NCBI GenBank assembly: GCA_963754925.1
Contig: CAVWHX010000007.1
Span: 160,001 to 224,000, forward strand
Origin: an uncultured delta proteobacterium
Lineage (GTDB): Bacteria > Myxococcota > B64-G9
Direction: 5' to 3'
DNA length: 64,000 nt
Shown piece after piece: positions 63,345 to 64,000 of this stretch (the stretch's first letter is position 1; each line of letters starts with the position of its first letter). A program made the translations under genes and the position numbers. The notes under the pieces were generated by a model that worked only from the letters and a program-made list of their open reading frames with translations, searched no databases and was not told the DNA's origin.

Positions 63345-64000
63345 AGCCCGCAGCGCGAAAGCAGGCCGTTGTGCATGCCCGCGAGGAATTTGGGGTGAGC
63401 GAACGACGCGCCTGCGGGCTGATGAGGATCGGGCGATCGAGCTTTCGGTACCGTTCGGTAGGCCAACTGTATCCGCAGTTGCGGGAGCGTCTTTTAGAGC
63501 TTGCGGCGCAGCGGGTACGCTTCGGATATCGACGGTTGCAGGTGTTATTGCGGCGGGAAGGGTATGTGGTGAATCACAAGCGGGTGTATCGGCTGTATCG
63601 GCAAGAGGGATTGAGCGTGAGGAAGAAGCAGCGCAAGAGATACCGGAGCATCGCGCGGCAGCCGCTGCGTCTTCCGGAAGGACTCAACGAGCGATGGTCG
63701 ATGGATTTTCTATCTGATTGTCTCTCAGATGGGCGACGGTTGAAGGTGTTGAGCGTGCTGGATGAATTCAGTCGAGAGAGTCTTGCCTTACCCGTAGACA
63801 CGTCCATTTCCGGCAGCCGGGTGGCCAGGATTTTGGACGATATTGCCGCTGAACGGGGTAGGTATCCCGAAGCGATGGTGACGGATAACGGTCCGGAGTT
63901 CACGAGTCGTGCGCTGGACCTCTGGGCGTACCGGCATGGGGTGCAGTTGCATTTTATCGAGCCAGGCAAGCCGGTGCAGAATGCCCTGATCGAAAGCTTC
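63341..64000 (+). CDS. IS3 OrfB DDE domain (-1 frame, partial)
   Basis: Hand translation FGYRRL, NHKRVYRLY, WSMDF, DNGPEF, PGKPVQNALIESF. Confidence 0.88.
   Translation, partial: MKPAARKQAVVHAREEFGVSERRACGLMRIGRSSFRYRSVGQLYPQLRERLLELAAQRVRFGYRRLQVLLRREGYVVNHKRVYRLYRQEGLSVRKKQRKRYRSIARQPLRLPEGLNERWSMDFLSDCLSDGRRLKVLSVLDEFSRESLALPVDTSISGSRVARILDDIAAERGRYPEAMVTDNGPEFTSRALDLWAYRHGVQLHFIEPGKPVQNALIESF

Larger units (their letters stand above)
63003..64000 (+). mobile_element. IS3-family element (IS407-group-like), runs off the window
   Basis: IRL TGACGTGCCCCCCGAAAACTGGACC; orfA and orfB linked by an AAAATGGTGA overlap. Confidence 0.9.

Overview
Bacterial chromosome segment, most consistent with a deltaproteobacterial/Myxococcota-type organism (inferred from the yceD-rpmF-fabD-acpP-rpiB-nrdR-rib-nusB order, PilZ, TIGR02265-like and Cys-rich proteins). 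At least ten genes, including ribBA, carry single-base frameshifts, which points to an error-prone long-read consensus. Layout: (i) 1-2980, accessory DNA off the 3' end of tRNA-Ala, with a 1.4-kb single-ORF DDE insertion sequence (TGT...ACA ends); (ii) 3.3-27.3 kb, core genes; (iii) 27.3-37.9 kb, an accessory block (two HEPN proteins plus MNT, an FAD oxidoreductase read through two in-frame TGA codons, an RND pump) lying between a COG2403/arginine-synthetase-like gene and argF; (iv) 37.9-45.3 kb, mostly core genes; (v) 45.4-64 kb, an island downstream of tRNA-Leu. The main discovery is in (v). About a dozen full or partial miniature derivatives of the IS at 1494-2888 (a co-oriented ~240-bp family and a ~195-bp family) alternate with 1-3 unrelated cargo genes and have no target-site duplications. 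They abut attC sites, attC halves and tRNA-associated att-like sequences, and no integrase is visible. This looks like a cassette-like gene-collection array built by a DDE transposase that may target recombination sites. All alignments were done by eye and no database searches were run.
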